Positions 46,089 through 55,398 of a DNA stretch of 64,000 nucleotides are shown here, in pieces. The position numbers were made by a program, and so were the translations under genes. Each line of letters begins with the position of its first letter. The first letter of the stretch is position 1. Source of the DNA: Armatimonadota bacterium (GTDB lineage: Bacteria > Armatimonadota > UBA5829 > DSUL01); assembly GCA_039811685.1 (NCBI GenBank), contig JBDHZC010000005.1, positions 150,008-214,007 of the forward strand. Direction: 5' to 3'. The notes beneath the pieces were generated by a model that saw nothing but the letters and a program-made list of their open reading frames with translations, ran no database searches and was not told the origin of the DNA.

Positions 46089-47204
46089 ATGCGATTTCCA
46101 GACAGCGTCTGGCCTTACCGAACTATCCTGCTTGCGTGCGTTTCGCTCGCCCTTGTTGCCGCGCCCTCTTCCAGTTATGCGCTAAATGAACAGAAGCTGG
46201 GAGAGCAGTACCACCAGGAGTTGCAGAAGCAGTATCGTGTTTACAAAGACCCCCGCGTGACGGAAATCGGCAGGAGAGTCAGCGACGTCGCTGGCATTCA
46301 TGATGTCGAGTTTTTCGCGATTGATATGGGGCGCAACGACCAGCCTAACGCCTTCCAGATTCCAAACCACATCTACGCAACCAAGAGCCTCCTCAAAGAG
46401 TTTGACGACACCGCGCTGACCTTCATTCTGGGGCATGAGCTTGGGCACCAGAATGGGCACCATCTCGCGAAGCAGGTAAAGAAGAATCAGACCATCGGGA
46501 TAGGCGCGGCAATTCTGGGCGCCATCATAGGTGTGCGGCCCAACACCGTCGGAGACTATGCCATCAATATCGCGGGTGGCGCTCTCGTGAACCAGTATTC
46601 GCGCGAGCAGGAGACCGAAGCCGACACCTTCGGTCTTGAAGTCCTGCATGACCTGGGGATTCCTTACCAGAAAGCCGCTGACTCGTTCAAAAAGCTGGCC
46701 GGAGACCGCAAAGAGGACAAGACCATGAACACGCTCTTCGGGTCTCACCCTCTGATGGCCAAGCGGATTCAGAACGCCGCTTCGGCCGGGGAGTGGCTGG
46801 GGATGCGCGCGGTGGATGTGTTTGATGGGCCGGCCGGGCACTTCGCCGTCGTTTGGCCGCATCCAACCGAGGGTGAGCTACCGCCTGATCTTCAGCGTCT
46901 CAGACAGAGTGTCCGCGTCGAGCTCAGCCGGCAGGGAATCAAGCTCGCTGTGAACCAGCCGTCCAGCACCCTGCCCATCTGGACCAGGCTCAGCAGGCTG
47001 GAAGTGCTGGAAGGTCAGGATATCGACTACGTGGCGTCGCAGATAAAGGCCGACCGGATGATCGCGGGTACACGAATTGACAAAGGCCGGTGGCAGGGCG
47101 TCATTCTGGATGCGGGACGCAAAGAGCGCCAGGACATCAACTGGGACGCTACAAACCCCGCGCGGCTGGCTTCTCAGATAGCCAGCGCCGCTTCATCCGG
47201 CTAA
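46089..47204 (+). CDS. Secreted M48 family metallopeptidase
   Basis: Signal peptide, PNAF, HELGH, YSREQETEAD, SHP..KRI. Confidence 0.88.
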   Translation: MRFPDSVWPYRTILLACVSLALVAAPSSSYALNEQKLGEQYHQELQKQYRVYKDPRVTEIGRRVSDVAGIHDVEFFAIDMGRNDQPNAFQIPNHIYATKSLLKEFDDTALTFILGHELGHQNGHHLAKQVKKNQTIGIGAAILGAIIGVRPNTVGDYAINIAGGALVNQYSREQETEADTFGLEVLHDLGIPYQKAADSFKKLAGDRKEDKTMNTLFGSHPLMAKRIQNAASAGEWLGMRAVDVFDGPAGHFAVVWPHPTEGELPPDLQRLRQSVRVELSRQGIKLAVNQPSSTLPIWTRLSRLEVLEGQDIDYVASQIKADRMIAGTRIDKGRWQGVILDAGRKERQDINWDATNPARLASQIASAASSG

Positions 47205-47312
47205 CCCACAGGGTCCGAAAGCCTTTTCGTTTCGGCTCGCTCGCTTGCCTGTCTTCTGTTGACCGACCAATCTACCGGTTGATCAACGCACACCAGAGTT
47301 CGGGCACTTCAC

Positions 47313-47346
47313 AAAGTGAAAGGCCCGGAGCGCCTTGCTCCGGGCC
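47313..47346 (-). terminator. Terminator-like hairpin (minus strand)
   Basis: GGCCCGGAGC/GCTCCGGGCC stem followed by TTTCACTTT on the minus strand. Confidence 0.6.
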
Positions 47347-47362
47347 GGTCAGGATGGGAGGG

Positions 47363-47414
47363 AGAGCAGCCTGGCCAGCCGCTTGATTACTGGCCAGACC
47401 GCCGCTCTTTTTTT
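47363..47414 (+). terminator. Terminator-like hairpin (plus strand) after panD-M48
   Basis: AGAGCAGC-CTGGCCAG...CTGGCCAG..GCCGCTC followed by T7. Confidence 0.65.
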
Positions 47415-47519
47415 GTCGAGGCGTTTTGCGGGTCTTTCCGTACCCCGCGCACATCTGTGTGCGCCCATGCCGCACGCCCCCGCGGCATATCTGAAACTCT
47501 TTTCTTCGGCTGGTGTGTC

Positions 47520-47666
47520 CTAAGGCACAGAGGGCTTCTGTGAAGAAGCGCTCACTGCGTCAGCCCGAGTCTGCGAGTGAGTCCGGAGGGCGCCGACACC
47601 CACCAGCAACAGGGCGGCGGCGCCGATCCAGACGAGGTTCTCAAGGAGTCCGATGAACCTTTGCAT
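47520..47666 (-). CDS. Possible 48-aa single-TM peptide
   Basis: MQRFIGLLENLVWIGAAALLLVGVGALR... No clear SD. Confidence 0.35.
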   Translation of the reverse strand: MQRFIGLLENLVWIGAAALLLVGVGALRTHSQTRADAVSASSQKPSVP

Positions 47667-47959
47667 AAGGCCGCACGGACTGTTATTCTGCTGGAAGGAG
47701 GTCGTCATGAGGTTGTCATTATGATAATGCCACGCCCGGGGCACACAGCAATGCTGTCGCATGTACCGGTATTGCCTATCTCTTTGCTAAGCGCTTCAAT
47801 GTGACAGATCAGATACTGTCCTCCTCAGGGCTATCCCCCTGTTTACACAGCGCGAGCGTTGACTGTTGCGTAGTCAGTGCAGTAAGATAGGTTTTCTGGG
47901 AGCAGCCGGCCAACTGTGAGCGTCAAAGGCTGCAATGCGAAAGAAGAGGGGAAGTCAGG

Positions 47960-48730
47960 ATGAGACTCAAGCGACTTGTTGTGTGGTTTGTTGGCGCTGT
48001 GGCAGGGTTGTCTGTCACTGGAGCGCAGGCGACGCCGCAGCCAGCTTACATTTCCGGTGTGGGTGAGCCTTACGGGGTGAATGGCAATCTTGATGCGATG
48101 AACGCAGCCTTTGGCTCGGGAAACTGGCAGCGCTTGACGTTCTCAAATGCGGTGGCCTCCGGCGCTTTTACCCCCGGCAACTACAGCATGCTCTTTTTCG
48201 ACGGCAGCGACGGATACGACGGTGAGTTCACCACCTTTATTGGGGACAACAAATCAGCGCTTGAGAACTACGTCAGCGGCGGCGGGCACGTCTTTCTGAA
48301 TGCCGCACGGCAAAGCGGAGCCGATTTGGATCTGGGCTTCAGTGTGACTCTCCATTTCTACCAGGACAAGAACGCCTCTGCTTACGACTCCAATCATCCG
48401 ATCTTTCACGGGCCGCTCTCGCCTACCGGAACCTCCTGGAACGCGACCTACTTCTCGCACGACTACATTGTCAGCTCAAACGCGCAGACCATTATTAAGA
48501 ACGGCATTGGGAATCCGATTCTGGCGCAACTCAACTACGGAAGCGGCGTAATCCTCTTTGGCGGCATGACCCCCAGCAGCTACCACAGCCCGGGACCAGA
48601 AGCGCTCAATTTGCGCGCAAACATTCTCAGCTATACGAATAATTACGTCGTTCCCGAGCCGACTTCGCTTCAGATGGGACTGATGCTGGCCTTTGGAGGC
48701 TTTGGGCTGCTGCGCTCCAAAAAGCGCTGA
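47960..48730 (+). CDS. PEP-CTERM sorting-domain protein
   Basis: Signal peptide. C-terminal VPEPTSLQMGLMLAFGGFGLLRSKKR. Confidence 0.9.
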   Translation: MRLKRLVVWFVGAVAGLSVTGAQATPQPAYISGVGEPYGVNGNLDAMNAAFGSGNWQRLTFSNAVASGAFTPGNYSMLFFDGSDGYDGEFTTFIGDNKSALENYVSGGGHVFLNAARQSGADLDLGFSVTLHFYQDKNASAYDSNHPIFHGPLSPTGTSWNATYFSHDYIVSSNAQTIIKNGIGNPILAQLNYGSGVILFGGMTPSSYHSPGPEALNLRANILSYTNNYVVPEPTSLQMGLMLAFGGFGLLRSKKR

Positions 48731-48747
48731 GAACAGCCCTCACCTCT

Positions 48748-51700
48748 TTACAATCCCAGCACAAAGCGCGCCAGGATAACAGGCGACACCCCTGCGTTTG
48801 TCTGGCGCACCGAGCTGATACCCGTGACCTGTACCCACGCTCCCGGAGCCTGAACCGGCGCCGTGCCGGTCCACACCCAGACACCTGTAGCGCCTGACCC
48901 ATCGCGCAGTCCGCTTCCGTCGTCGAAGTAGAAGCCGTCAGCGCCTACTGATTTTACCTGCCCGACGCTGCGGATCATCAATCCAACGTTGTTCAGGTCC
49001 ACTGAGTCTGAGACCCCGGGCGTCTTTGAGTTGAAAGCGGAACCACCCAGGTGTGAGTGGCGCAGAATAAGTGGGCGCAGAGGTGTGGTGGGTGAGCCTG
49101 GAGTGACAATGCAGTCCACCAGACGACGTTCGCCGTCAATCAGCGCAAGCCGTCCACTGACCTGTGCCATCCGATCTGCGGAAATTGCTACTGGTGAGTC
49201 CACTCTGATTCCTGAGGCCCGGCTGTCATCCTCAATGTAAAATCGGCCCGGAAAGACCGCTGTGACAACTTTTGGCGTCAGCGACACAGCCTCACCGTCA
49301 TCCAGAGCCTTGGCCTGCGCTATGGTCGCCAACTGGGAAACGACGCTCACGCCCGGCGAGCTCAGGACAGCAGACGTGAGGTACTGGTTGTTGACTGCGC
49401 GCACGGAGACATAGTAGGTGTGTCCCTGCTGCAGCGTTAGTCCCGCAATCGCCGCGGACGTATCCGTTCCTGCGTCTGTCCAGCCTTTGATATCCGAGAG
49501 ACCCGCAGCGCTGCCAACAGCGTACTCAAAGCGCAGTATTCCGCTCTCCGGATCCGATCCTGCCCACTGCGCATTTAGCGTGGTGAGCGACGTAGTGTAG
49601 GTCTCATCTGAGACAGACGTCATAACCGGCGGTGTAGAGTCACTGCTCTTCAGAACCCATTTCACCGCGTCCGCGCTCACGTAACGTGTGTCCGCGGAAA
49701 GATTGGTCAACTCGACATAACCCGCCGTGCCCGCCGCAAAGGGCAGATTTTCACCGATAAGGAACCAGCCACCTTGATTGGGTGTGTCGGAGTTCTGATT
49801 CTGCACGCTCGTGACCTGCCCGCCGTCGTAGTGAACTGTGTAGGGCGCGGAGCTGTTGCGGTTCTGCCCCATCTGATAGTACGCGTACACGTCGTACAGT
49901 CCCGCGGCTGGAAGGTTCGGCCGCCACGTACAGGAGCGCGTCGGGCTGGCTGGCGGTACGGTTCCACTACCGCTTGTGTACAGATAGTCCGCCCCGATTT
50001 TCGGAACAGACGCGCTGGCCCCAACGCTCCACGAACCACTTGGTGACGTGTCCTGCCATCCCGGGTCGGAGTTGTCAACCAGGTACTCCACCGGGATTGG
50101 CGGCGTTGTAAAGGTCAGGTCGCCTGATGCGCCGGCGCCATACGGGTTGGCGGAGAGCGCTTGATAGTGGTAGGTCTGATTCGGAATCAGGCCGCTGAGC
50201 GTAATCTGGTGTGTAAGTGTCAGATTTCCATTCTGCTCCTGTTGTCCGTAGGATACGCCCGGTCCATACTTTACAATCGAATCCGATGGTGCGGCAGTCT
50301 TCCACGTGATGACAGCGGACGTCGGCGAAGGCGCTGACTGAATATCGCTGATTCCGGGCGGCCCGTACGTCGTAAAGGTGTAGTCACTGGATGTGGACGT
50401 CCCGCTTGGGGCAGTTGATTTTACGCGGAAGTGGTAGGTCGTGCTGGGGAGAAGACCCGTGAGAGCCATGCTGTGGGAGGTTACAGGCGTATTGTCTATA
50501 GATGTGCTCTGCCCGTAAGCCGCCGTTATTCCGTACTCCACTTGTGAAGAGGCTGCCTGGTCGGTAGTCCATTGGACCGTGGCCGAAGTGTTGGTTACCG
50601 AGTTGACACCCACTCCGGATATCTGCGGCGGCGGTGTGCCTCCCAATACGAAGTTTTGCTCCGACATCAGACCAGCCGTCACGGTCACGACCGCAGACTG
50701 ATTCGGATATCCAGCTTTCGAGCAGGTGACCGAGTAGCTCCCTGGGGCCAGGTCTATGAAGGCATAGAAGCCCGTTCCGTCACAAGTCATCGTCCGGTTC
50801 TCTGGACCGGTCAGTGTGACGGTGGCGCCGTCCGCCCAGTCTCCAGTTGACTGAATCGTAGCTGTGCCCATCAAGTGCCCTTTGGTCGGATTGGTTTTCC
50901 ATGGCATTGCGGGCAGGTCTTCCCAGGTCGGAGTAACCTGGGAGACGAGCGACGGGCTGAAGTTGTCCCATGTTCCGCCGTTGTAAGGCACGCGGTAGGA
51001 GTAGCCGCTGAAGCCATCCGCGTAGTTACCGGCGGGCGAAGGGTTGCGTGTCATCTGGAGCTGGAGGATAGCATTGGAGAGTGAGTTGAGATATATCCCC
51101 GGGCCAATGACCATCTGCCTGTTGGCTTTGCGGTCTTTCTCGAAGTTCATCCAGCGGATATAGTCGTTTGGCAGCGATGCGTTGTTGTAGTACGTCATCG
51201 GTACTGCAAAGTCCAGAATGCCTTCCTGGAGCCACGAGTCCCAGTCAGAGTAAACTTCGTAGTAGGGGCGGGTATTCATAAATGCAGCGCGAGTGGAAGC
51301 GACGGGGGAGGGGTTCCACGTCACAACTGAGGCGGACTGCTTCACCCAGGGCTTGTATTTCTGAATGTTCGCATAGACTTTGCGCACAACGGAGGTGACC
51401 TGGTCACGGCGCCACTGGCTGAACTGTGGGTCTGACGGTGACGGCTGCCCAGTGCGTCCGAATCGCTCGTTGAACCGCGCAACGCTCACCGGATTGTAAC
51501 CCTGGTTCCCTCCCGTAAAGCGGATGTAGTCGTAATGCAGGCCGTCAATGTCGAAGTTGCGCACCAGATCCATGCACACATCAACAATATACTGCTCGCA
51601 CTTCGGGTGTCCCGGATCGAAGGCTTTGTCGTCGGTCTCGTTACCGTTGTTGTCCAGTGTCACCCAGTAGTTGTCCAGATCTGCCGGGTTGTTGTGCTGA

Positions 51701-52137
51701 TAATAGACCGGTGAGGCAGTCGCGCCGCTGGCGGTGGCAAAAGTGACAATCCAGCAGTGCACTTCGATGCGTTTCTTGCCGCCGGTGGTGTCGTGGGCCG
51801 CGTTGATCATCGCCTGAAGCGCGTTGTAGTTCGCAGGAGAAAGACCAGAGAAGTACGGTTCGCCCATTCCTGACGGATAGCACACATCGGCGCGTCGGCG
51901 GACCTGAACAATTACGGCATTACAGTTTGTGTTGCGGATGACCCCTTTGTTGTTGGGATCGCCAACCTTTCCGAGCAGCTTTTCAACCTGGGTCTGGTTG
52001 AGAAGCCCCGCGCCCCAGGCATCCACCCAGAATGCGCGAAACTCATCGGCTCTGGCGTCGCTGCAGGCCAGCGCCAGAACCAGCGCGCAGGCAAGCGCCA
52101 CTGCTGTCCGCGATATGCGGCATATCTTCATATCCAT
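48748..52137 (-). CDS. Secreted GHL10 (DUF187) glycoside hydrolase-like protein + Ig/FN3 repeats + CBM/golvesin-like domain + conserved C-terminal module
   Basis: EFRAFWVDAW, VQVRRRAD, EVHCW, DPGHP, DGLHYDYIR, QWRRDQVT, PMTY. FN3-like YHFRVKS/YHYQALS. GLYDVYAYY...VSADAVKW. Confidence 0.85.
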   Translation of the reverse strand: MDMKICRISRTAVALACALVLALACSDARADEFRAFWVDAWGAGLLNQTQVEKLLGKVGDPNNKGVIRNTNCNAVIVQVRRRADVCYPSGMGEPYFSGLSPANYNALQAMINAAHDTTGGKKRIEVHCWIVTFATASGATASPVYYQHNNPADLDNYWVTLDNNGNETDDKAFDPGHPKCEQYIVDVCMDLVRNFDIDGLHYDYIRFTGGNQGYNPVSVARFNERFGRTGQPSPSDPQFSQWRRDQVTSVVRKVYANIQKYKPWVKQSASVVTWNPSPVASTRAAFMNTRPYYEVYSDWDSWLQEGILDFAVPMTYYNNASLPNDYIRWMNFEKDRKANRQMVIGPGIYLNSLSNAILQLQMTRNPSPAGNYADGFSGYSYRVPYNGGTWDNFSPSLVSQVTPTWEDLPAMPWKTNPTKGHLMGTATIQSTGDWADGATVTLTGPENRTMTCDGTGFYAFIDLAPGSYSVTCSKAGYPNQSAVVTVTAGLMSEQNFVLGGTPPPQISGVGVNSVTNTSATVQWTTDQAASSQVEYGITAAYGQSTSIDNTPVTSHSMALTGLLPSTTYHFRVKSTAPSGTSTSSDYTFTTYGPPGISDIQSAPSPTSAVITWKTAAPSDSIVKYGPGVSYGQQEQNGNLTLTHQITLSGLIPNQTYHYQALSANPYGAGASGDLTFTTPPIPVEYLVDNSDPGWQDTSPSGSWSVGASASVPKIGADYLYTSGSGTVPPASPTRSCTWRPNLPAAGLYDVYAYYQMGQNRNSSAPYTVHYDGGQVTSVQNQNSDTPNQGGWFLIGENLPFAAGTAGYVELTNLSADTRYVSADAVKWVLKSSDSTPPVMTSVSDETYTTSLTTLNAQWAGSDPESGILRFEYAVGSAAGLSDIKGWTDAGTDTSAAIAGLTLQQGHTYYVSVRAVNNQYLTSAVLSSPGVSVVSQLATIAQAKALDDGEAVSLTPKVVTAVFPGRFYIEDDSRASGIRVDSPVAISADRMAQVSGRLALIDGERRLVDCIVTPGSPTTPLRPLILRHSHLGGSAFNSKTPGVSDSVDLNNVGLMIRSVGQVKSVGADGFYFDDGSGLRDGSGATGVWVWTGTAPVQAPGAWVQVTGISSVRQTNAGVSPVILARFVLGL

Positions 52138-52220
52138 TCTCCTCTTGTCGCACAGGCGCGGGCTGCAGATGCCAAAGGATTGCCAGAAAAGCGCCAGATA
52201 CCAACCGTTGTCCCATATCT

Positions 52221-52268
52221 ACTATAAGGCTCTCAGGCTCTTTTAGTCAATAGTGAAACCGATTTCGC
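52221..52268 (-). promoter_or_regulatory. Promoter of the GHL10 gene with an adjacent LacI-type operator-like site
   Basis: TTGACT-18 nt-TATAGT on the minus strand. CG-centred near-palindrome GTGAAACCGATTTCGC at 52253-52268. Confidence 0.55.
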
Positions 52269-52331
52269 ACCGTCCTTCCCCGTAGCCAGTCACCGGTCCG
52301 AAAAATCCGCAAAAGTTTGCAAACTACCCTC

Positions 52332-52360
52332 TTGCGCGGACAGGGAAAGTGTGAGACAAT
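52332..52360 (+). promoter_or_regulatory. Promoter of the beta-glucan locus
   Basis: TTGCGC-17 nt-GACAAT with extended TG. An operator follows immediately downstream. Confidence 0.65.
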
Positions 52361-52374
52361 GCTAACGTCGCTTG

Positions 52375-52388
52375 TGGGAGCGCTCCCA
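52375..52388. promoter_or_regulatory. LacI-family operator O1
   Basis: Perfect palindrome TGGGAGCGCTCCCA. Confidence 0.9.
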
Positions 52389-52509
52389 TAGACGGCGGAA
52401 GAGCGTCTCTGTGAGAGGAGGTGCTTTCACAGAGGGGCGCAGTGATCTCTCATTCTGGCTTCAGGCGTGAGGCTGGTCGCCTTGCGGGAAACGCTTACTG
52501 TATTTGTCG

Positions 52510-52523
52510 TGGGAGCGCTCCCA
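52510..52523. promoter_or_regulatory. LacI-family operator O2
   Basis: Second identical TGGGAGCGCTCCCA, 135 bp downstream of O1. Confidence 0.9.
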
Positions 52524-52567
52524 AATATCTTGGAGTATGGGTGGCCAGGTCGTCTGGACTGGCTGTT

Positions 52568-55330
52568 ATGAACAGAGTCTGGCTCTTGACAACAGCGCTG
52601 ATGCTGATATGCTCTCACAATGTTGCCGCCAACCTCCTGGCCAACGCCGGGCTTGAGTCGGCAGATAGTGGCGCGCCGCCCGACCCGATTGGCTGGACCG
52701 AATACGGGCCGGACCTCACTGGTGAACGCTCCCTGACCCATGCCCGCTCTGGCGCCGCCAGCGCCAAGCGCTGGACCGGAGGCGACTTTCAGGAGTACGG
52801 ATACTATCAGGACTTTCCTGTTGTCCCCGGACGTGAATACGTCGCATCCGGCTATCTGTTCAGCCCTGCGGGAGATGCGCTCTCAGGCTCCAGCTACGCC
52901 TGCATTCGCCTCGAGTTCTACAACGCGCAGAATCAACTCCTGCTCACCAGGCAGAGCCCGCGGCTGCACTCTGCAAACAGCGCATTCCAGAAGTATTCGA
53001 CCGTGGCCGTGGCGCCTGGCCTGGCGTCGCACGGGCGCTTTGTGTACGGGGTCGGCGGGGGCGCCTCTCCACATCTTGGAGCGGCCTATCTGGACGATGC
53101 CAGCGTGATAGAAACGGATATCTCCGCGCTGGATGATGAGCAGTTTCTGGACTTGCTGCAGCGGCGCATCTTCGATTTCTTCTGGAATGAGTCCAGCTCA
53201 AAAGGCCTCATCAAAGACCGCGCAGGCAATTTCTCACCCGACAGCTACACTCACTCTAGCATCGCGTCTGTCGGTTTTGGGCTCCCGGTGATCTGCATAG
53301 CTGAAGAGCGCGGCTGGGTAGGTCACGCCGACGCTTATCAGCGCGTTTACCAGACTCTTCTCAGCTTTCGCGATGAGCTGTACAACGATCACGGGTTTTT
53401 CTATCACTTTGTGAATATGAACACCGGCCAGCCGGCGCCTGGCAGTGAGATTTCCACGATTGACACGGCGCTGTTCGTATTCGGAGCGCTTATGGCGGGT
53501 GAGTACTTCGCCGCCCGCTACGGGGATGATTCCCTTAAGCAGATAGCCGGGCAAATTTACGATCGCGTGGACTGGCCGGCGCGATACGCGGGCTGGAGCA
53601 CCTATTCTGAATACATCATGATGGATTTGCTGGCGATGGGGTCCGCCACGCACCCCATGCCCTCGTCCATCTGGAACATCATCAACAGGCCTTTGCGTGA
53701 CAGCATCACCACCCGTCCTCTCGATCATAGTTATCCGCGCTACTTCTATCCGGTTCTGTTCGTCCACCAGTACCCGCACTGCTTCATCGATTTTCGCTTC
53801 CGCAACGATGCCTACACACCCATCTGGACCTATTTCGACAGCTCCACGCAGAGCACGATAACCAACAGACTCTACTGCATAGATCACTCTGTCTCCAGCG
53901 GTTCCGCGCTTCCGAAATTTCAAAGCTACGGACCCGATAGCTGGGGGTTGACCGCAGGCGACAGCCCGGACGGCTATGAGGCAATCGGCGAGGCGGAGCC
54001 GAATCAGAGCGAGCCTCAGGGTTCGCGCGGCATTGACGGCACAGTCTTTCCGCACGGCCCCGGCGGATCGGTCATGTTTGCGCCGGACATCTGCGTACCG
54101 GCACTGCGCTGGATGTTTGACACCTACGGCGACAGAATCTGGGGGCGCTATGGCTTCTCCGATGCGTACAACGTTGACAGGAACTGGTGGGGTCCGGACG
54201 TTATTGGCATTGATGCAGGTTCCATGTTCCTCAGCATTGAGAACTACCGTACCGGCAGGCCGTGGCGCTATTTTATGGCCAACTCCGGCATCCGGCGTGG
54301 ACTGAGCGCAGCCGGATTCACAGGCCACCCGCAACCCTCCACCGACGACTTCAACGACGGCCCGGTCAATGCCTGGAACGGTGGATGTGACAGCGGCGTG
54401 ACCTACGTTTCGATTCCCTACCAAAATCCGTGGGTCAACGGGCAGGCGCTGCGCGTCAGCTCCCAGCAGCCTGGCGTGCTTTGTTTCGGACGACTAGACC
54501 TTACCTATGACGACTATATCAGTTTCCATGTGCGCGGAGAAGCCGGAGGTGAGAGCCTCACTGTCAGTCTGCAGGATGCGTCCGGACGAATTGCTCAGGT
54601 CAACACAGGCGCGTATCTCACGGGAGCGCTGGTGAGTAATCAGTGGCAGCGCGTACAGATTCCGCTGGCAGACTTGGCGGGGCTCCACTGGCCTTCCATT
54701 GAACGCCTCACTTTCACGCTCAGCGCGCCGTCATCAGCCGTTCTTATTGACTCTCTCGGGTTCTACGGATCTCACCCGGACGGCGGAGCAGCGCCACTAA
54801 GCTCCATTGGCGCGGCGGCGCAGTTACCTGACGGGGAGTCTGTTTCTCTGTCCGGCCTGGTTGTCACTGAGAACTTCGGCGCTTTCTTCTACGTGGAGCA
54901 GGCGGACCGATCTGCGGGTATCAAAGTCGCCTCTCCTGCTGCTCTGGTTCCTGGAGATGTTGTCTCGATAAAAGCAGAGCTTGCCACCGTTGATGCAGAG
55001 CGCTCGCTTGTCAATCCCGTCATCACCAGAACCGGGCACGCACAGCCGCCGTTACCGCTTGGCGCCACTCCTATGACGATCGCCGGAGGAGCGCTACCTC
55101 TGACCGGGCTGCGGGTGCGGACCTGGGGTGTCGCTGGCGAGACGGTGGCGGATGAGTTTACTGTTTCGGACGGAGGGAGGAGCCTGACTATCTCCGCTCC
55201 CGCACTGCCAAAGCCGGCGCCCGGGCAGTTTGTCGTTGTTACCGGCGTGGCCGGAGCGCGAAGCGCCTCCGGTGCGCCTCTGCCACTCGTGAGAGTGCGC
55301 CAGGCCAGTGAGATTAATACCGCGCCGTGA
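52568..55330 (+). CDS. Secreted GH144-like ('glucoamylase family') beta-glucanase with CBM-like domains and conserved C-terminal module
   Basis: NLLANAGLE CBM-like domain. FDFFWNE, SIASVGFGL, GFFYHF, EISTIDTAL, LFVHQY, WGLTA.D, YGFSDAYN, IGIDAG...IENYRTG. Confidence 0.82.
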   Translation: MNRVWLLTTALMLICSHNVAANLLANAGLESADSGAPPDPIGWTEYGPDLTGERSLTHARSGAASAKRWTGGDFQEYGYYQDFPVVPGREYVASGYLFSPAGDALSGSSYACIRLEFYNAQNQLLLTRQSPRLHSANSAFQKYSTVAVAPGLASHGRFVYGVGGGASPHLGAAYLDDASVIETDISALDDEQFLDLLQRRIFDFFWNESSSKGLIKDRAGNFSPDSYTHSSIASVGFGLPVICIAEERGWVGHADAYQRVYQTLLSFRDELYNDHGFFYHFVNMNTGQPAPGSEISTIDTALFVFGALMAGEYFAARYGDDSLKQIAGQIYDRVDWPARYAGWSTYSEYIMMDLLAMGSATHPMPSSIWNIINRPLRDSITTRPLDHSYPRYFYPVLFVHQYPHCFIDFRFRNDAYTPIWTYFDSSTQSTITNRLYCIDHSVSSGSALPKFQSYGPDSWGLTAGDSPDGYEAIGEAEPNQSEPQGSRGIDGTVFPHGPGGSVMFAPDICVPALRWMFDTYGDRIWGRYGFSDAYNVDRNWWGPDVIGIDAGSMFLSIENYRTGRPWRYFMANSGIRRGLSAAGFTGHPQPSTDDFNDGPVNAWNGGCDSGVTYVSIPYQNPWVNGQALRVSSQQPGVLCFGRLDLTYDDYISFHVRGEAGGESLTVSLQDASGRIAQVNTGAYLTGALVSNQWQRVQIPLADLAGLHWPSIERLTFTLSAPSSAVLIDSLGFYGSHPDGGAAPLSSIGAAAQLPDGESVSLSGLVVTENFGAFFYVEQADRSAGIKVASPAALVPGDVVSIKAELATVDAERSLVNPVITRTGHAQPPLPLGATPMTIAGGALPLTGLRVRTWGVAGETVADEFTVSDGGRSLTISAPALPKPAPGQFVVVTGVAGARSASGAPLPLVRVRQASEINTAP

Positions 55331-55398
55331 CCGCGGTCGCTGCGCGGTATCCTGTTTGGAAGTATCTTCGACACTCTATCGAAAAAAGGAGACATCGC

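Noticed and set aside
53234..54424. 396-aa minus-strand ORF
   Set aside because: Antisense shadow of the GH144-like gene.
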